DNA of 64,000 bases, from assembly GCA_000002445.1 (NCBI GenBank), contig CP000067.1:960001-1024000 (forward strand), read 5' to 3'. The stretch is from Trypanosoma brucei (Eukaryota). Positions within the stretch are counted from its first letter, which is position 1. Each line of letters begins with the position of its first letter. Position numbers and translations under genes: made by a program. The notes below the pieces were generated by a model, which saw nothing but the letters and a program-made list of their open reading frames with translations, was not told the origin of the DNA and ran no database searches. Of the stretch, positions 1 through 13,265 are shown in pieces.

Positions 1-432
1 CACAGTGCGCTCTGATGCAGTTGCTTTATGCCTCTTGCAAGCGTCCGGCTGTTTAACAGTGTTTTGCCAACTTTTGTTCCTTTCATTCTGCTGTAAAATA
101 AAACCATCAGCCGCTTTCCGTGTGACATCCAAGGCATTCGCGTAAACTATGAATGCCGCTCCCATGTGCGACGGCGACGGGTGACCAAGGGCCATCTGGA
201 AGCGCTGAAGCAGCCTTAGCGTGGGGCGACCCGGCCGAAATCCCGGTTCTAGTGTGGGCCCCTCCCTCATAAAGTCCCCAATTCCATTACCAACGATGTT
301 CTCGATGGCTTTGCGCGCGCAACTCATCGCTTTCACCGCCTCGTGGACATCCAAACGCTCCACCTTCTTAGGGTGTTTCTGTATGGAAATTATTGATAAC
401 TCTCCCGTGCAGCAGGTACGATTCCATTCCAT
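1..432 (-). CDS. Possible 5' part of a gene running off the left edge of the window (hypothetical protein, N-terminal about 144 aa visible)
   Basis: Translating the minus strand by hand from the ATG at 430-432 down to position 1 gives an open frame with no stop (about 144 codons; MEWNRTCCTGELSIISIQKHPKKVERLDVHEAVKAMSCARKAIENIVGNGIGDFMREGPTLEPGF...). An in-frame stop lies just upstream at 451-453. The supplied ORF track omits it, probably because it is truncated by the window edge. No recognisable domain. Confidence 0.25.
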   Translation of the reverse strand, partial: MEWNRTCCTGELSIISIQKHPKKVERLDVHEAVKAMSCARKAIENIVGNGIGDFMREGPTLEPGFRPGRPTLRLLQRFQMALGHPSPSHMGAAFIVYANALDVTRKAADGFILQQNERNKSWQNTVKQPDACKRHKATASERTV

Positions 433-3400
433 AAACTCACGTCGAATGCCTTAAGGGCGAGGATAAGTAATCTGTTGCCCGGGGCGCGTAGGGATCAACG
501 AAATGTTTCTCCTGCCGGTAGTCGGTTTTGGAGCACCGTCTCATATAGCCGCCAGGAGGTTGAATGGCCCCGACGCGTACACTTTCTTGACGCACCAGTT
601 GCAACGGACCGGAGCCTTGTGCTTTCAGAACGGCACGAAGCACCCTTCATTTGTCATGCGGCCTGGAAGCTACCTCTGCATGTCGACCAGTTCCCCCATT
701 CAATGAGCGATGACACCTCGCAATCCCCTTATCGAGTTTAGTAAGTTGAGGTGTTGAGTGTTGTGGTGTGGCTGTGATTCAAGGAACAACCCCTGCGGTT
801 GCAACACGGATGCCGCACCTCAGACATTTCTCCAATTCGTGCGCGTTCCACCAGTTCCAATTCTTCCGTCAGAGTTCGTCGGCTGTCCTGAGAAAATTTC
901 TCCGTGTGGATTTGGTCTATGAATGCAGAGAAGCTGTTGGTGAATGGGCTCACCCCGTACGTTCCACACACTCATATCGAGGAGATGTTGACCATCACTG
1001 CTCGGTGAAGTTCTATGACATCCATTGGTGCGCCCCGCACTTCCCTTGAGGGGTGACGCATCAGGTGTGAGCTCCCGATGTTGGCACGCACACTTGGTGC
1101 TATCGCCAGTTTTTTGTTGGCCCGAAGCTACTTACCGACATGGCGCCGCAGTAAAGTTATTCCCCTAGTATCTGATCGAATCGTGCGGTTCCACACCGCC
1201 GCGTGACTGTCACCTTTTGCACCAATGAGTTGTGTGCCCTCGGCCGCAAGCAGCACTCACACGCCGGGTTCTTCAAAGTATGGCGTGGCGGAATGTAGGC
1301 GGGGGCGATGATTTGCAGCATGTCGTGTAGTAGGCGGATGGTGCCCTGAGGATGTTCGGCGTGCCCATTCACCTTGCTCACGGTTCTACTGGCAAGTTTT
1401 CTATGACGAACACGTGAATACGCCGCTACCTTTTTACAACGGTAAACTGTGCTGTGAGATGTTGGTGGTCGGCAACACCAAAACGATCGATCCCCGCAGC
1501 TTCTGTTCTCGTTTTAGTAAAAAGACAGAACATTGCCGAAACAACCATGGGTGTTTTGTAGAGTATCTACCTCTTTACTTGAAGGAGCCCGGCGCAGTTC
1601 CATCGCATCCGACGCAACGATGGACCGGGATTCTTCACATCACCAAATCTGAGTGTCCTCATGCGATTGATACTGATAATAATGCCGTGCCGCCAGCTCG
1701 GGGGGTTGAGGGGGCTAACGTGTCCCAGCGCGACACTACTGCTTCGTGTGCCATCCGATACTCTGGTTAGGGTGGTAAAGACAGAAGGGGCTTGCCCTTG
1801 GTGAGAAATCCAACTCAGTCAGGCCATGTGCCGACACATGCTTCCCCTTTTTTGAACTTATCCGGCAGTTGCAATGTGTCAGAGTATTTTCGTCCATTTT
1901 GTACATTCGCCTTCAAGCCTCATGGGGGTGATGCAACTCCGTAGGGTGGGACCCATGTCCAGGGTACTTGATTTATGAGGTGCTCCTCAACCACCGATTT
2001 TGGAACACCATCCCTCCACAGGACCCAGTTATTCTTGCGTTGGATGGTTGTGCGGGTACAGTTGCTCTTCTATGGCCGCGGGCCGCCCTGCTCCTGTTTG
2101 GAGCGCGGCGGTAGCATACAATTGCCCTCTCACTTGCCACTTTCTTAACAGATTTCAGCTACCCTCCTTTGACTGCGTTTCGTGTGCTTGCCATACAGTG
2201 AAACTCCAGTAATCCGATTCTCCGCCCGAAGTTGCATGTTCTATATATTTTTTTTTGAAATTTTCTTCGTGCCTTCGTGAGAGTTTCCCCACACTGGCGC
2301 GGCCATCAGCCATCACCGTAGAGCCCTGAGATGCTATCGGTCTGGCGACTGTGGCAGATTCTCCCTTTTTTTATTCATCCTAACACACTCTCTATAATTT
2401 TTGCTGTATTTCCGCAGTTGAACGGAATACAGCAGATGGGGCGACAAGCCTCCCACCCTGGACTCTCCCAAAGATGTCAATTAGCAATCCTTTTTTGGAG
2501 TTCCACATCACCGGACAGCAGCATCTTAGTGCGGATGATACTGCTGATGGCACGCTGGCACGTGCCCAGGGACCGACAAATGAAGAACGGTGTCCCAGCA
2601 AGACGCTGCTGATCCCTGTGCTGTATGATGCCGTAGCCGGAGCAAAGCAGTGTTCCCCATGAAAGGAACGCTGTTGGCTCTTGGCTTCCCCCGATGATAC
2701 GAGGTACTGGACTCTGACACCACGTTGAGGTGGCCGGCATCGCCAGGGTGTTCTATATATTCTCCCCAGCGGGAGGCGAGGCTGATAAGCACTACGCGGC
2801 GATACCAAGGTGCGTCTCTACTCGGATAAATCCTGTGTGAAAGCCTCTCAGCGCTTCCTAGTGACTCCACTTGGGTGATGCCACTTACCCTATGTGCGGT
2901 AATATCGTTCTTGCCAACTTTGCTCCTTGTCCAACGTGATTCGACCCTCTTCTCAGTGGCCGCAAATCGAGGCTTGAGGGATTTTTTTTTTTCGCATCGC
3001 TCACCCCGACCCCGCCACGTGAAAGGCACATGGATCCCAAGTGCGGACCCCGAATGGCGGACGCCCCGTTCTTTTTCCTCTTCGGAATCTCCATAAGTTG
3101 CTTCTTTCACCACTCGACCACGCCCTCCAGCCCTTGGTGTGGCGTCTCCATCGGTTTCGCCATGTCCAAGATCGTTGCGGTGATGTTCAGATCACAAGCG
3201 AATAAACTATCCCCGAGTCACGGGGTTTCATTTACCTCCACACTCTGCCTTCCCACCGTCACGTTTAAAAGAATGAGACTTGGACAATGATACCGGGGGA
3301 AAAAGCGCATCCCGGCATTGCATTATTGGACAAGGCGCTGTTTGTTCTAACCGTTTCAGTTTATTTTATAAACAGCAAAATATTTGTCTGCCGTGTCAGG

Positions 3401-6400
3401 CATGAGTTTACTTTGAACCGCCGCAGCACGCGGGGGAAGCGTCGCAGTCCAAAAAATCGCTAACACATTACTCATAAATAAGCACTACAGCGCCGCGCTT
3501 CTCCTTCCCCAGGACCAATCATATTCATTGCCTATCTAGTGGAGCTGATGCCGAATACTCGTGGTCGGAAGCCGAGCTGCTGCTCCATAGAGCCTTTAAA
3601 AATCCTTATTGCGGGTTCTTCAACGAGTTCGTACACAGTGCTAGTTAATATCGCCGACTGAGGCGAAACAATGCCCTCAGCCGATTCGTTTTATCCAATG
3701 GATGGTACGATGATCATCTCCCCCGCTACTCAGGAGGCTTGTTTAATCTCCGGAAACGATCGTAGAGGTAAAGGAATATGCCCTGCTAATTCCACCCATC
3801 TTCCCTGCCTTCTCAGAATAAATCTCGCCTTTCCCAATCGCAGTTCGTCCTGACGATTCCTGTCGCTTTTATCAACTTAGTGTGTTCAAACAATTCAAAC
3901 ACGCCGCCCTTGGTCATGGAAATACTCACTGGAGGGACTTCCAGATCCCCCCTGGCACGCTTCGCATACATATCAGCTTGCGTCTCCTGTTACCTCTTCG
4001 TCAATGGATGTCCGCATACTGTTGGCACCGGGGGCGGGGTGACGGACGCGACGAAATCCCTAACTTAACCAGTCTCCAGTCTTCGTTTTCGGTAGATGAT
4101 GGTTTTGAGGCACTTTGTTGCCGTGCTGGTGCGGTAGTGTCGGTCACCGTCACCTTTCTTGGGTCAACGCGGGGCAGCCCTTTCGCCAAAAGTGTGCGTG
4201 AGTGTGGGTTGTTTGTGGTGCCATGTGGTAGATTACGTATGCGATAACTCCCTTGATCTAGCTGGCTCCTGCGATCACTTTTACCCCCTTTATCCTCTTA
4301 GAGGGTATCAACTGCGCACCGCTTTCGGGAGATTAGCCATATACCCCCTTCCCTCAAGTGCAAGAGCGAATGTGGCCTTCAGCACACAATTCCTTCTGCA
4401 TCACTCCCTGCCTCTGCATCGAAGGTGACCCAACGCTGATTACCATCAAGGGCCATCACCTCTTTCCGGGATGCGACCTCATATTTTTTAAATCAGGCAA
4501 CTTCTGTGGGGGACGGCCGAACCATAAACTAAGCTTCGTCAGATTGGGGACACGTTACCGGCAACAGTAAAACCTCGGTCCACGGACCAACCAACTGTAA
4601 ATTCCCCATCCTTGGCATCTGGAACGCAGGACCCCTGTTCAGAGTGGTGGGAATTTGCATCCGCTCAAATCGCTAACGTTTTTTAGATTCTAGCTCGGTT
4701 GGTCAAACATTCCATGCTTACATGGGGGCTTCTGGGGAAATGTACCGAGTTCGCAGCAAGGCACTCGCCATTTCCAAGCTGCATCATAGCAGACACCACT
4801 TGCCAGGTTCCATTTTTTTTTTTGACCCTCAACCACGTCTGACCCGCTCTGAACGGGTATAGAGACGACGCCGTCCTTTACTTTAGAGCTGGACCACACT
4901 GCGTGTTTGTAGCGGTAGAAAGTACGTACCACATTTACTCCAGCCTTCGTGTATACCCTTGAGGGAAGCAAAAGACCACCGGAAGCAGGTGAATAATATG
5001 GAAGAGACAATCTCTCTCCGGCTTAGGCACTTCCTGCACCCCTTCGAGCTTTGCAGAGAATGAGAACTTGGTTATGCTTAACCTTCCTATTAAGGGGTCG
5101 CTACGATCCCACCGATGCAGAGCGTAACAGTATGCTTGCGCCAGAAGCGACATGCGCTCAGAGGTTATACTTCACCAGTAGTTCTCTGTTAGTTCTGCAC
5201 ACGGCTTCTGGTCGCTGTGCTCTAATCGCCAACACCACTTCGACGACACAAAGACACTAACTTTTGGTGGGTTCCTTTTGCACGGGAGGTAGGACCCTAG
5301 TACTACGATGAAGTACCCAGCATGACGAGGGGTACATGCCGTAAGGTACGCAAGCTTTTCGTCTTGGATGACAATGTTCCCACCATAATGAGGAATAGAG
5401 AAAAATAGCGGTCGATTTTCCTAACACATCCAATTCGCCGCACATCAGCCCGTATCGGCACTCCCAGAGTAATATAAGACCACTAAGAATACCGAGATAA
5501 TCGCACAACCCCATGGTACTGACGTTCCTTCGGCTTAGAGACATCAGAACATTCGCAAACAATTTACTCACAAACATTGGTGATGCACTATTCAGACTGA
5601 CGTTGAGTAACAACGGTATGTCTATACCGGTGCTTATGAAATCAAAGCTGATATGCCGTTCCCGTAACAAAATCTGTAGCATGATCTATATTTCCCTTAA
5701 AAATCCTTCTCCCCGTCGTCTTAACCACTCGCTCAACTGTGCAATGATGTGGAAAAGATAATAGGATCAGCTTTCATTACTTTATTCACTCTTCGCAGTT
5801 TCCGTCTGGTATGGCCTCCACATTGAAGACAGAACACTGCCTTCGTCAACAATAGTCAGGAGCGATTTTTTACTCAGTAACAGCGAGGATGCGAGTACAC
5901 AAGACAATGCAGCCTTAATGTTAGGCCGCATACGGCTTTCATTACTTCAAACAAGTTAAGCACCTTTGAACCAACTGCACGGTCCTTGTTGCGGCTTAAA
6001 ACATTCTAACACCGCAGATGTCTAGGTTACCCGAAGGAACCACTTGTGTACCTCACCTCCATAACATATTATCACATGAAAGAGCTACCTTATTTCACCG
6101 GAAAAAAGACAACGAAGAGTGGTAGACTGGCTGACGTACCTACGCTAACAACATTTCCCCCCTCGTGACTAGACTGAAAGAAGCTCAGCAACACCGAGGC
6201 AGTGCGTATTCGATACCAGTGTAGCACCTACTGAACAAATGGTTCATTGTACGCAGTTTATTTTGCATACCAACAGCATTGAGGCCACGCAAGTGTCTAC
6301 ACTAAATTGGCCAAAAGAAGAGTTATGGAGAACATGTATTTCTGTCCCTCACAATTGTGCAGAGAAAGGGACGTGATGAGAAGAAAAAAAAAACGAATGC

Positions 6401-8721
6401 TATTATGACAAGGATGCATCTCCACCACATGCCGTGTGCTTTGTGGGATTCAATGACATCGGCTGTTTATACCGAATAAAACACAGAAAAAATTTTGCGT
6501 CACCCACCCGCTCTGACGCGCTACACAGAACACGATTTGGCGTGGTGACAAGTAATCATACCCTGCCTTCGAGTTTTCGCAGTGACTTTAAAAGGGTATT
6601 TTAAACACCCGAATCAGAGCGAAACAACCACGATGAACGTACCCTACAGTCGGAACATTTTTCTGTTATTGTTTTCTCAAAATAAAACGAAACAACAAAA
6701 CAACACACACACACGAGTGTCCGAAAAATACAACGGATGACGGTTCCATGCTTGATCTTACGCGTTTTCGTACGGATTGCTTGCAGGCTCAAGTGCCTCC
6801 CTTTTTTACTAATTCATCCATGTGGCTCTGTTGCCTAAATACCGGCGTTGTAACTCATAAACGCGGTGTTTTAACTACAAATGACGGTGCGCAAGAGCAC
6901 GACAAAAAGCTAGTGACATATTTCCCATATCCCTGACAGCGGTACTGAAGCCACGGAGTTATCACCAAATAGTTAACTTCACAATCCCTTTGTTCCTTCG
7001 TAACATCCTCGCTTCGTGTTGCAAGAAGGGAGTGTAATTGCTTGCCCGTTTTCAATGCCCAGTGCAGTTGGTGGCACCAAAAAGGCCATCCTTAGGTAAA
7101 CGTCCAGGTCTCCAGATATTAATCGGCAAGGAACTCTCCCGAAACTGGGTGATAGCAAACGTAAGTGTTTTCGTCTGAAAATTACTCTCCTGTTTGTGAG
7201 GTTGGATAGCCACGCAAAGTTCATGTGGTAAAAATGCTTATTTCCAGTGCAGATGATTGTGCACATTCTGTCTTCTATCACGGCAAAAACTTGTCCTCTG
7301 AAGTATCAGAAAAAATTAACCGAGCACGAGTTGGTTAAAACGAGCATGCACATGGTCATTACTTACAGCAATCGTACTTGGGTTGAGGAAAAAAAAATAA
7401 AAAGAATAGCGGCACCTTGGAACGCAAGGCGCCTCGAAGCGATCATTGTGTTAGAGTGCTGACGGCGACCTCAACCACCACAGTATGTTATCAGGCGATG
7501 GTGCTTTGCTTAGGTAGGGATGTCAAATCTCTACCACGCACTACACCAGCTTTTCGGCACGGTAGAAAGTTGGCGAGCGCCAACTAACAGTCAAATACAC
7601 GACAAGCCGGTTATCAGATGGGACATTCTCTTCGGAGTCGTCTAGGAGCATGTGCATTTCTCTGCACCGGCAGCTGTACACAAATGTTAAAGCCGAAAAG
7701 TTAGCATTGAACAACTGGATATATCTAGGAGCTTGGGCGAAATATGGAGATCATGTCATCAGAACAACACTTCTGCGCTGGCTGCAATCCTGTCACGCAA
7801 AGCAATGTAAGCCTTACTTCCTTTTGACAGATCACATAACTTCAATGATGACGCAGACTCCTCTGCTGCTGCATGTTCCAACAATATGCTACAGACTATA
7901 ATTTCTGCATGAACTGCAGTGACGCCGCAATGATATACCATGGCATATTCTAACACTCATTCTTGCATGATCTCTCGTACTTCCGACAACATCAGGCAAG
8001 TTTTGAGCATTCGTCGTCAACAAAAATTCGTGTTTGTTTCTACTAGCACTACCGCCGACGTTCGTGGAGGTGTTATTCATCCGCTTCACACCAGCACAAG
8101 TGCTTCGTACTGTCGCGGACACGGCAATACCTAAAACAGGTTCGCTCGCGGTCTCCCCACCTCCACTTCCTCGCGGATTATTCTTTCTGCCTGCCCACTG
8201 GGGCGCAGTCGAACTAAGGAGACGGGCATATCCATTTGCACTTCGACTGCCCCGCGATACAACTGCCCCAACAGCCAAGGGACCACACAACACGGGACAC
8301 AGTGCTCGGCATCACTTTCCCAGTTCCCCTTTCCTTTTTCAATTCCGCCGCTGCGGTCAACCGACTAAACTTCCGTGGGGGATCGTCGGCATGTTGAGTG
8401 CCTACGGGCGCGCACGACTGCCCCGCGTGTCTACATCTGCGCAAGCTAACCCCGAGGCAAGAGGCGTGACCCCACAACACCCGGGGGCGTGCAACTGCTT
8501 CCCGCCCCACTTCGGACCCGATTGACAAGGCGTCACCGCAGTTGAAGAACATCAGGCCTCCACCGGGGCCGATCGAAACCTTTCAGCGTCCCTTAAGTCC
8601 GTAACGTCCTACCGTGCGGACGGGTGGCCCCTACCCAGTAGCTGATCCGCAGGCGCAAACCAGCGCAGAGGGAAGGGGGTTTGACACTCCTGTGATACCT
8701 CATGCGGTCGAGGGCCAACGC

Positions 8722-8926
8722 AAGCATGATGGTAGCGGCGGGGTGGAGCTCCGCGAACGTATTTTCTTCATAACTCATCCTCAGCCGATGAGAAGCAGCA
8801 TTTGTACTGTGGCACGCGATCTTCCAGAGCCACTTATCAATATAACAGATGAGAAAGTGACCCTCGGTTTCTCATCCATATTACCGGGGAGCTGGTCCTT
8901 AATACCGCAGCGAAATGCCCAGAGCG
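8722..8926 (+). repeat. Left arm of a ~205-bp inverted repeat pair (partner at 12828..13029)
   Basis: The DNA at 8722-8926 is almost the exact reverse complement of 12828-13029 (2-3 mismatches seen). This also shows as an identical 67-aa stretch (KHDGSGGVELRERIFFITHPQPMRSSICTVARDLPEP.INITDE.VTLGFSSILPGSWSLIPQRN) in ORFs 8614..8943(+) and 12718..13077(-). Confidence 0.85.
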
Positions 8927-9472
8927 AGGGGAAAAGGAGGTGAGCGTTGCGAGCCGGCCTGTCCTTGCGGGTGCCAGCGGGCTTTGGGTTTTCAGGGTGG
9001 AACGATCAAAGGGGCGGTGGGAGAGTGGAAGCGGATGGGAATACGCTGAAGTACTGTGGCAGCGCCGCGTGCGACCGGTTGCTATGCGGGAACCTCCGTG
9101 GGTGGTGGTGGCTTCTGACTGTAAGTCGCGTGCCCGTGGTTGGGGTGCGAGCGTTTTCAAAGAGGCTCTTTATGACGAAAAATGAGTGGCCATTCGGTGT
9201 CGTCTCCTCCGTCGACCGCCGCGAAGGTATTTACTTTGTTCCATTTCATTTGCGCGATGCTTTGTGCTACAACCAGATTGAAAATATAACACCTCCTTGA
9301 AAACCCAAAGGAAAATTTCTATTTTCATTTAGAGATAAAGTTCAGGAGACAGGAATATTTTGTGATGCTCCGCGGTGTGGGCAGACATATTGCTACAGAA
9401 CGCGCGATACCATTGGTTGGGAGGTGAGCGTTGGAAAAGGACATGAAGCGAAGTGGGAGATAGGAGGTATAT

Positions 9473-9487
9473 GTGTGTGTGTGTGTT
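9473..9487. repeat. (GT)n microsatellite
   Basis: Reads gtgtgtgtgtgtgtg. Confidence 0.8.
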
Positions 9488-12400
9488 GGGCGGTGGATCG
9501 GGGCGCGGTCCGATACAAGCGGTGGGCCGCCGGAGGCAGCGACGAGACATGTGCAAGTAAGTGGCACAACCCGAAAAAAATAAAAAATAAATTGGAGTTT
9601 GGTCAGGAGCTGACCCGCCTATGTGGCGAATCTGGACTTATATTTGCTTCTGTAGACTGTATGTTTCTGAATTTTGGTGATGCTGGATACCCACCCACCC
9701 ACTCACTCCCCCAAACACACGTACGTGTACATTCGTACGTGCATGTGCTGCTGTTTCTGGCTATCAGTTGTCCTACTGTGCGATGGCAGCGGATGACAGA
9801 TGTGAGTGGCTTGGGGGGGGGGGCGATATATTGCACATGAGTACATGGTATAATGTGTATGTGCGCGGCAGCGACGGAGATGGGTTTACCTATTGGTGGA
9901 TGGAGAAGGGCCGCTACTAGTGAGACCAACCAAACTATGCACACTTTTGGCAACGCTTTCCCCACCACGCCCCCCGGCGAGAAGGCTTTGTGAACATAAT
10001 ACAATGTCGTTACGCGTTTGATAAAGCGCTTAACGCTAAACGTCCCGTGCATGTGTTTGTGGCTGTGCTTTCCTTCAGATTGCTGTAAGTAAAGCGCATA
10101 TGTGAAAACTCATCTTTAGAGTTTCATTGGGAGTGTTATGCAGTTTCGTACTGGTGTCCAGGGGTGTCCACTGCAACGGTAGTTTGTGACTTCAGTTTCA
10201 TTCGTTGAATTTGCATTTCTAATTAATTGGCCCCCTTCGTGTTGGGGGACGCATTGTTGTGGGGTTGAAGAGTGTTTCTCATGGTGTTGTCGCAAAGCGG
10301 TCGACACCATGCTCTGTCACACGTGTAGGGCGGTTGTATGCGCGGGGACGTTGAGTCTTTTTTTTTTCGGAAGAAACATAGAGGGTGGGCGGAGGTGCCA
10401 ACGGGCGTCTTCCGACTTCACACAAACATGTTATTCATGCCTACCATAAGGCTGATAGGTGGTTCAACGTGGAAGAGTTTTGTGAGACATTTATGTTTTT
10501 ACAGTGGCTGCACGATGCTCTCATGGATTCGTGGACGTACAGGAAGTGTGGTACAAGTCACATTGATACTGGAAGCTGTTGTAAGGTCAACATGTACGCT
10601 TTCAGTAAGCGTCTAACCGGCGGTGGGACAACTGATTTGTGGATGGCCACTAGCGGAGGCAGCAGATGAAATTGTATGACACATTATTTTCAGAGACTAT
10701 GGGTTTCTTCACTTCATGTTTGTCAATGTCCATTATATTTGTGAAGGTGGTGTCTTGAGCCGCGCGTCGGCGCATTCCTCATCCGGCGTACTTGTTTGGC
10801 AAATGTTCGCGGTAAAGGACTCGAAATCATATGGCAAGATGGTCATCATGAATGCTCTTGAGAGCACTGGGTCCGTAGCCAGTTTGTGGTTGACCAGGCT
10901 TAGGCCACGTGCGAATATCAATGCGCGATTCAAAGAACAAAACAGGAATGTGAGCTTCAGCTCAACCGCCCTGTGCTTACACGAAAAGATTACTAACGTT
11001 AATTATTTATTAGACTAACCGCGATAGCGGTGCCGCTTACGTCCGGAAGGATATGGGACAAACTATGAAAACTGCTCTGCACAAGTCAGCTGAATTGTGC
11101 AAATTGTAACAGAATTAAACCAAGCTAAATTGCGGACAAAGCTTCCTCGCTGTAACGATGACCGTGGAGATACTTTCCCTTTTTCCTTTCCGCTAGTCAC
11201 ACAATTGTCCAACTTCCGTGCAATATCGCCGCGACAGGCGCGGCGTAGACACTCTACGGGCTAAGTTACTAATTCAATAGATATCAGAGATTTCCTGAAA
11301 CGCGTGAGCAAGGCATTCCGTAGTGGTTGTATAAGTGTAAAGCAAGGTGGAGGAGGAGAATAATTGTGTACAGTTGGGAGGAGCTGTGTCAGGAAATTAG
11401 ATCACGGCACAAAGGGCGGAGGTGACCTGATGGAGGCGGTGTTTTTTTCTTCTTTTTAACTGTGTTGAACTCGCCGAACCCATTTCTACATACATCAGGG
11501 GCAGTTACCATGATGCTCCTTACCCTTTCTCATTTTCAGGTTGAAATGTTGACCAGTATAGGCACTGTGTCTTAATGTGGCGGCAGCTATCGGTATGCAT
11601 AATGCGGCAGTTCAAGTCGAACCCCTAAGTTGGTCAGGTGAGAGGAAGAGAGCATGCCATACGTCGGGGGAGTGTTCGGTGGAGACCCACCGATATATGA
11701 AAATGTTCGTTGTGCTTAATGCTGGCACTGCCGGTGTACGCTCTAGTTCCGCGAAGGTAAGTCTACATGTCCCTATTCGATGAACCGAGGTGGCCCACAT
11801 CTTTTGCGGTCCACAACCACTCCTTCTGACACATTTTTGCATCCACTGCACATTGCATGGTCGCGGTTTTATTATTGCCCTAAGGACTTTGTGGCTGCTG
11901 GCGACGTTTGAGGCGAATATGGGGTGTTATTGCCCTATGCGGCGTGTTCATTTTGACTTATACCCACAACGACATTGATGTGGTGGCTACAAGCTCACAT
12001 GTCTCTTCGTGCCTAGAGTTTCAAAAAAGAAAAAAAAAGGAAACATGGCTATACTGTTGTTAGTATCATTTGTTAGTAGAAATATCTCTTATGTTTTTTT
12101 GTGACCAGAAAAAGCTTCGCAATAATGTCTAATATAGTATTCCTTGTACCGCTGTTTTGCATAGGGGTTGTTTTCATCAACTTTCTCCCTTTGTAGAGGT
12201 CTTAAAAGATTGTGAGGCAACGTGTAAGCGCACACAGACAACCAGCCAGCCGTGAGGGGGATTCAAAGGGAGGTGGTCTTGTATTTTTGTCTATAGGATG
12301 CGGAGGAGTGCACTTACCAGAGCGAGATGCCACTGAATGGTACAAAGTTTCTGGTGATTCTTGTTTCAACGCTACCAAAAGCAACACTGTATATTCCCTA

Positions 12401-12827
12401 GCGTTCAAACTCTACACGCTAGCGGTGGAGGCGTTCCGTGTTGAATGCCTTGAAGAATCACCTGGTAGAGGTGTGAATTACACCAATGCGGCGAGGCACT
12501 CGACGAAAAGGACAATATATGGCGGTACCGAATACATGTATTTCGATGAACATGGGTGTGCACACAAAGTTTAATCGCGCCGTTGCGCGGGGAGCATCGA
12601 GATTCCGTCATTGCCTATCGTTCACTTTCTTTTTTTAAATGAGGATATACACTGTAGAATATACGAATGCTCTGTCAGCACGGGGTGACCGCTAGAGGGA
12701 CTACGCATTAAAGGTCATCACATAACTCTACAAAAAGCCGCTTCACTGACTGAGTTATCGCTAACAAAGCTTTGCATGTCCTGTGTGTGTGAGTCGCTAA
12801 TGCAAAACTGCAGAGGTCGCTTGGTTT

Positions 12828-13029
12828 CATGACAATTTCGCTGCGGTATTAAGGACCAGCTCCCCGGTAATATGGATGAGAAACCGAGGGTCACTCTCTC
12901 ATCCGTTATATTGATAAATGGCTCTGGAAGATCGCGTGCCACAGTACAAATGCTGCTTCTCATCGGCTGAGGATGAGTTATGAAGAAAATACGTTCGCGG
13001 AGCTCCACCCCGCCGCTACCATCATGCTT
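12828..13029 (-). repeat. Right arm of the ~205-bp inverted repeat pair
   Basis: Reverse-complement match to 8722-8926. It ends about 240 bp upstream of the adenylate cyclase ORF at 13266. Confidence 0.85.
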
Positions 13030-13265
13030 GCGTTTATGTTTGGATGCTTTGGAGGGTGACAGTAAGGTACTGCGCATGTACGCTAGGGGAAGACCTGTTT
13101 GCGATTGAAGGGTGTGTGTGTCTTGGCGCAGTTGCGTCTCGAATCCTTTGACAATTTTCCCAGCGCATAAACATTTTATTAGGGTCTCTGGATCTGGGAT
13201 GTCTCTGAGGTGCCACCGTACCTGTCGATGTCACGAGGTAGACGTTTCAAACTTAGGTTGCTCCA

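Noticed and set aside
2392-3113. Overlapping 138-195-aa ORFs in the gene-poor left block
   Set aside because: Arg/Ser/Gly/Trp/Cys-rich composition, mutually overlapping frames, and no recognisable motif. Treated as non-coding.
11596-11630. tRNA-like T-arm motif (gcagTTCAAGTCGAACCcct)
   Set aside because: No complementary 5-bp T-stem around a TTCRANT loop, and no A box, acceptor stem or anticodon arm could be built. The reverse strand fails as well.
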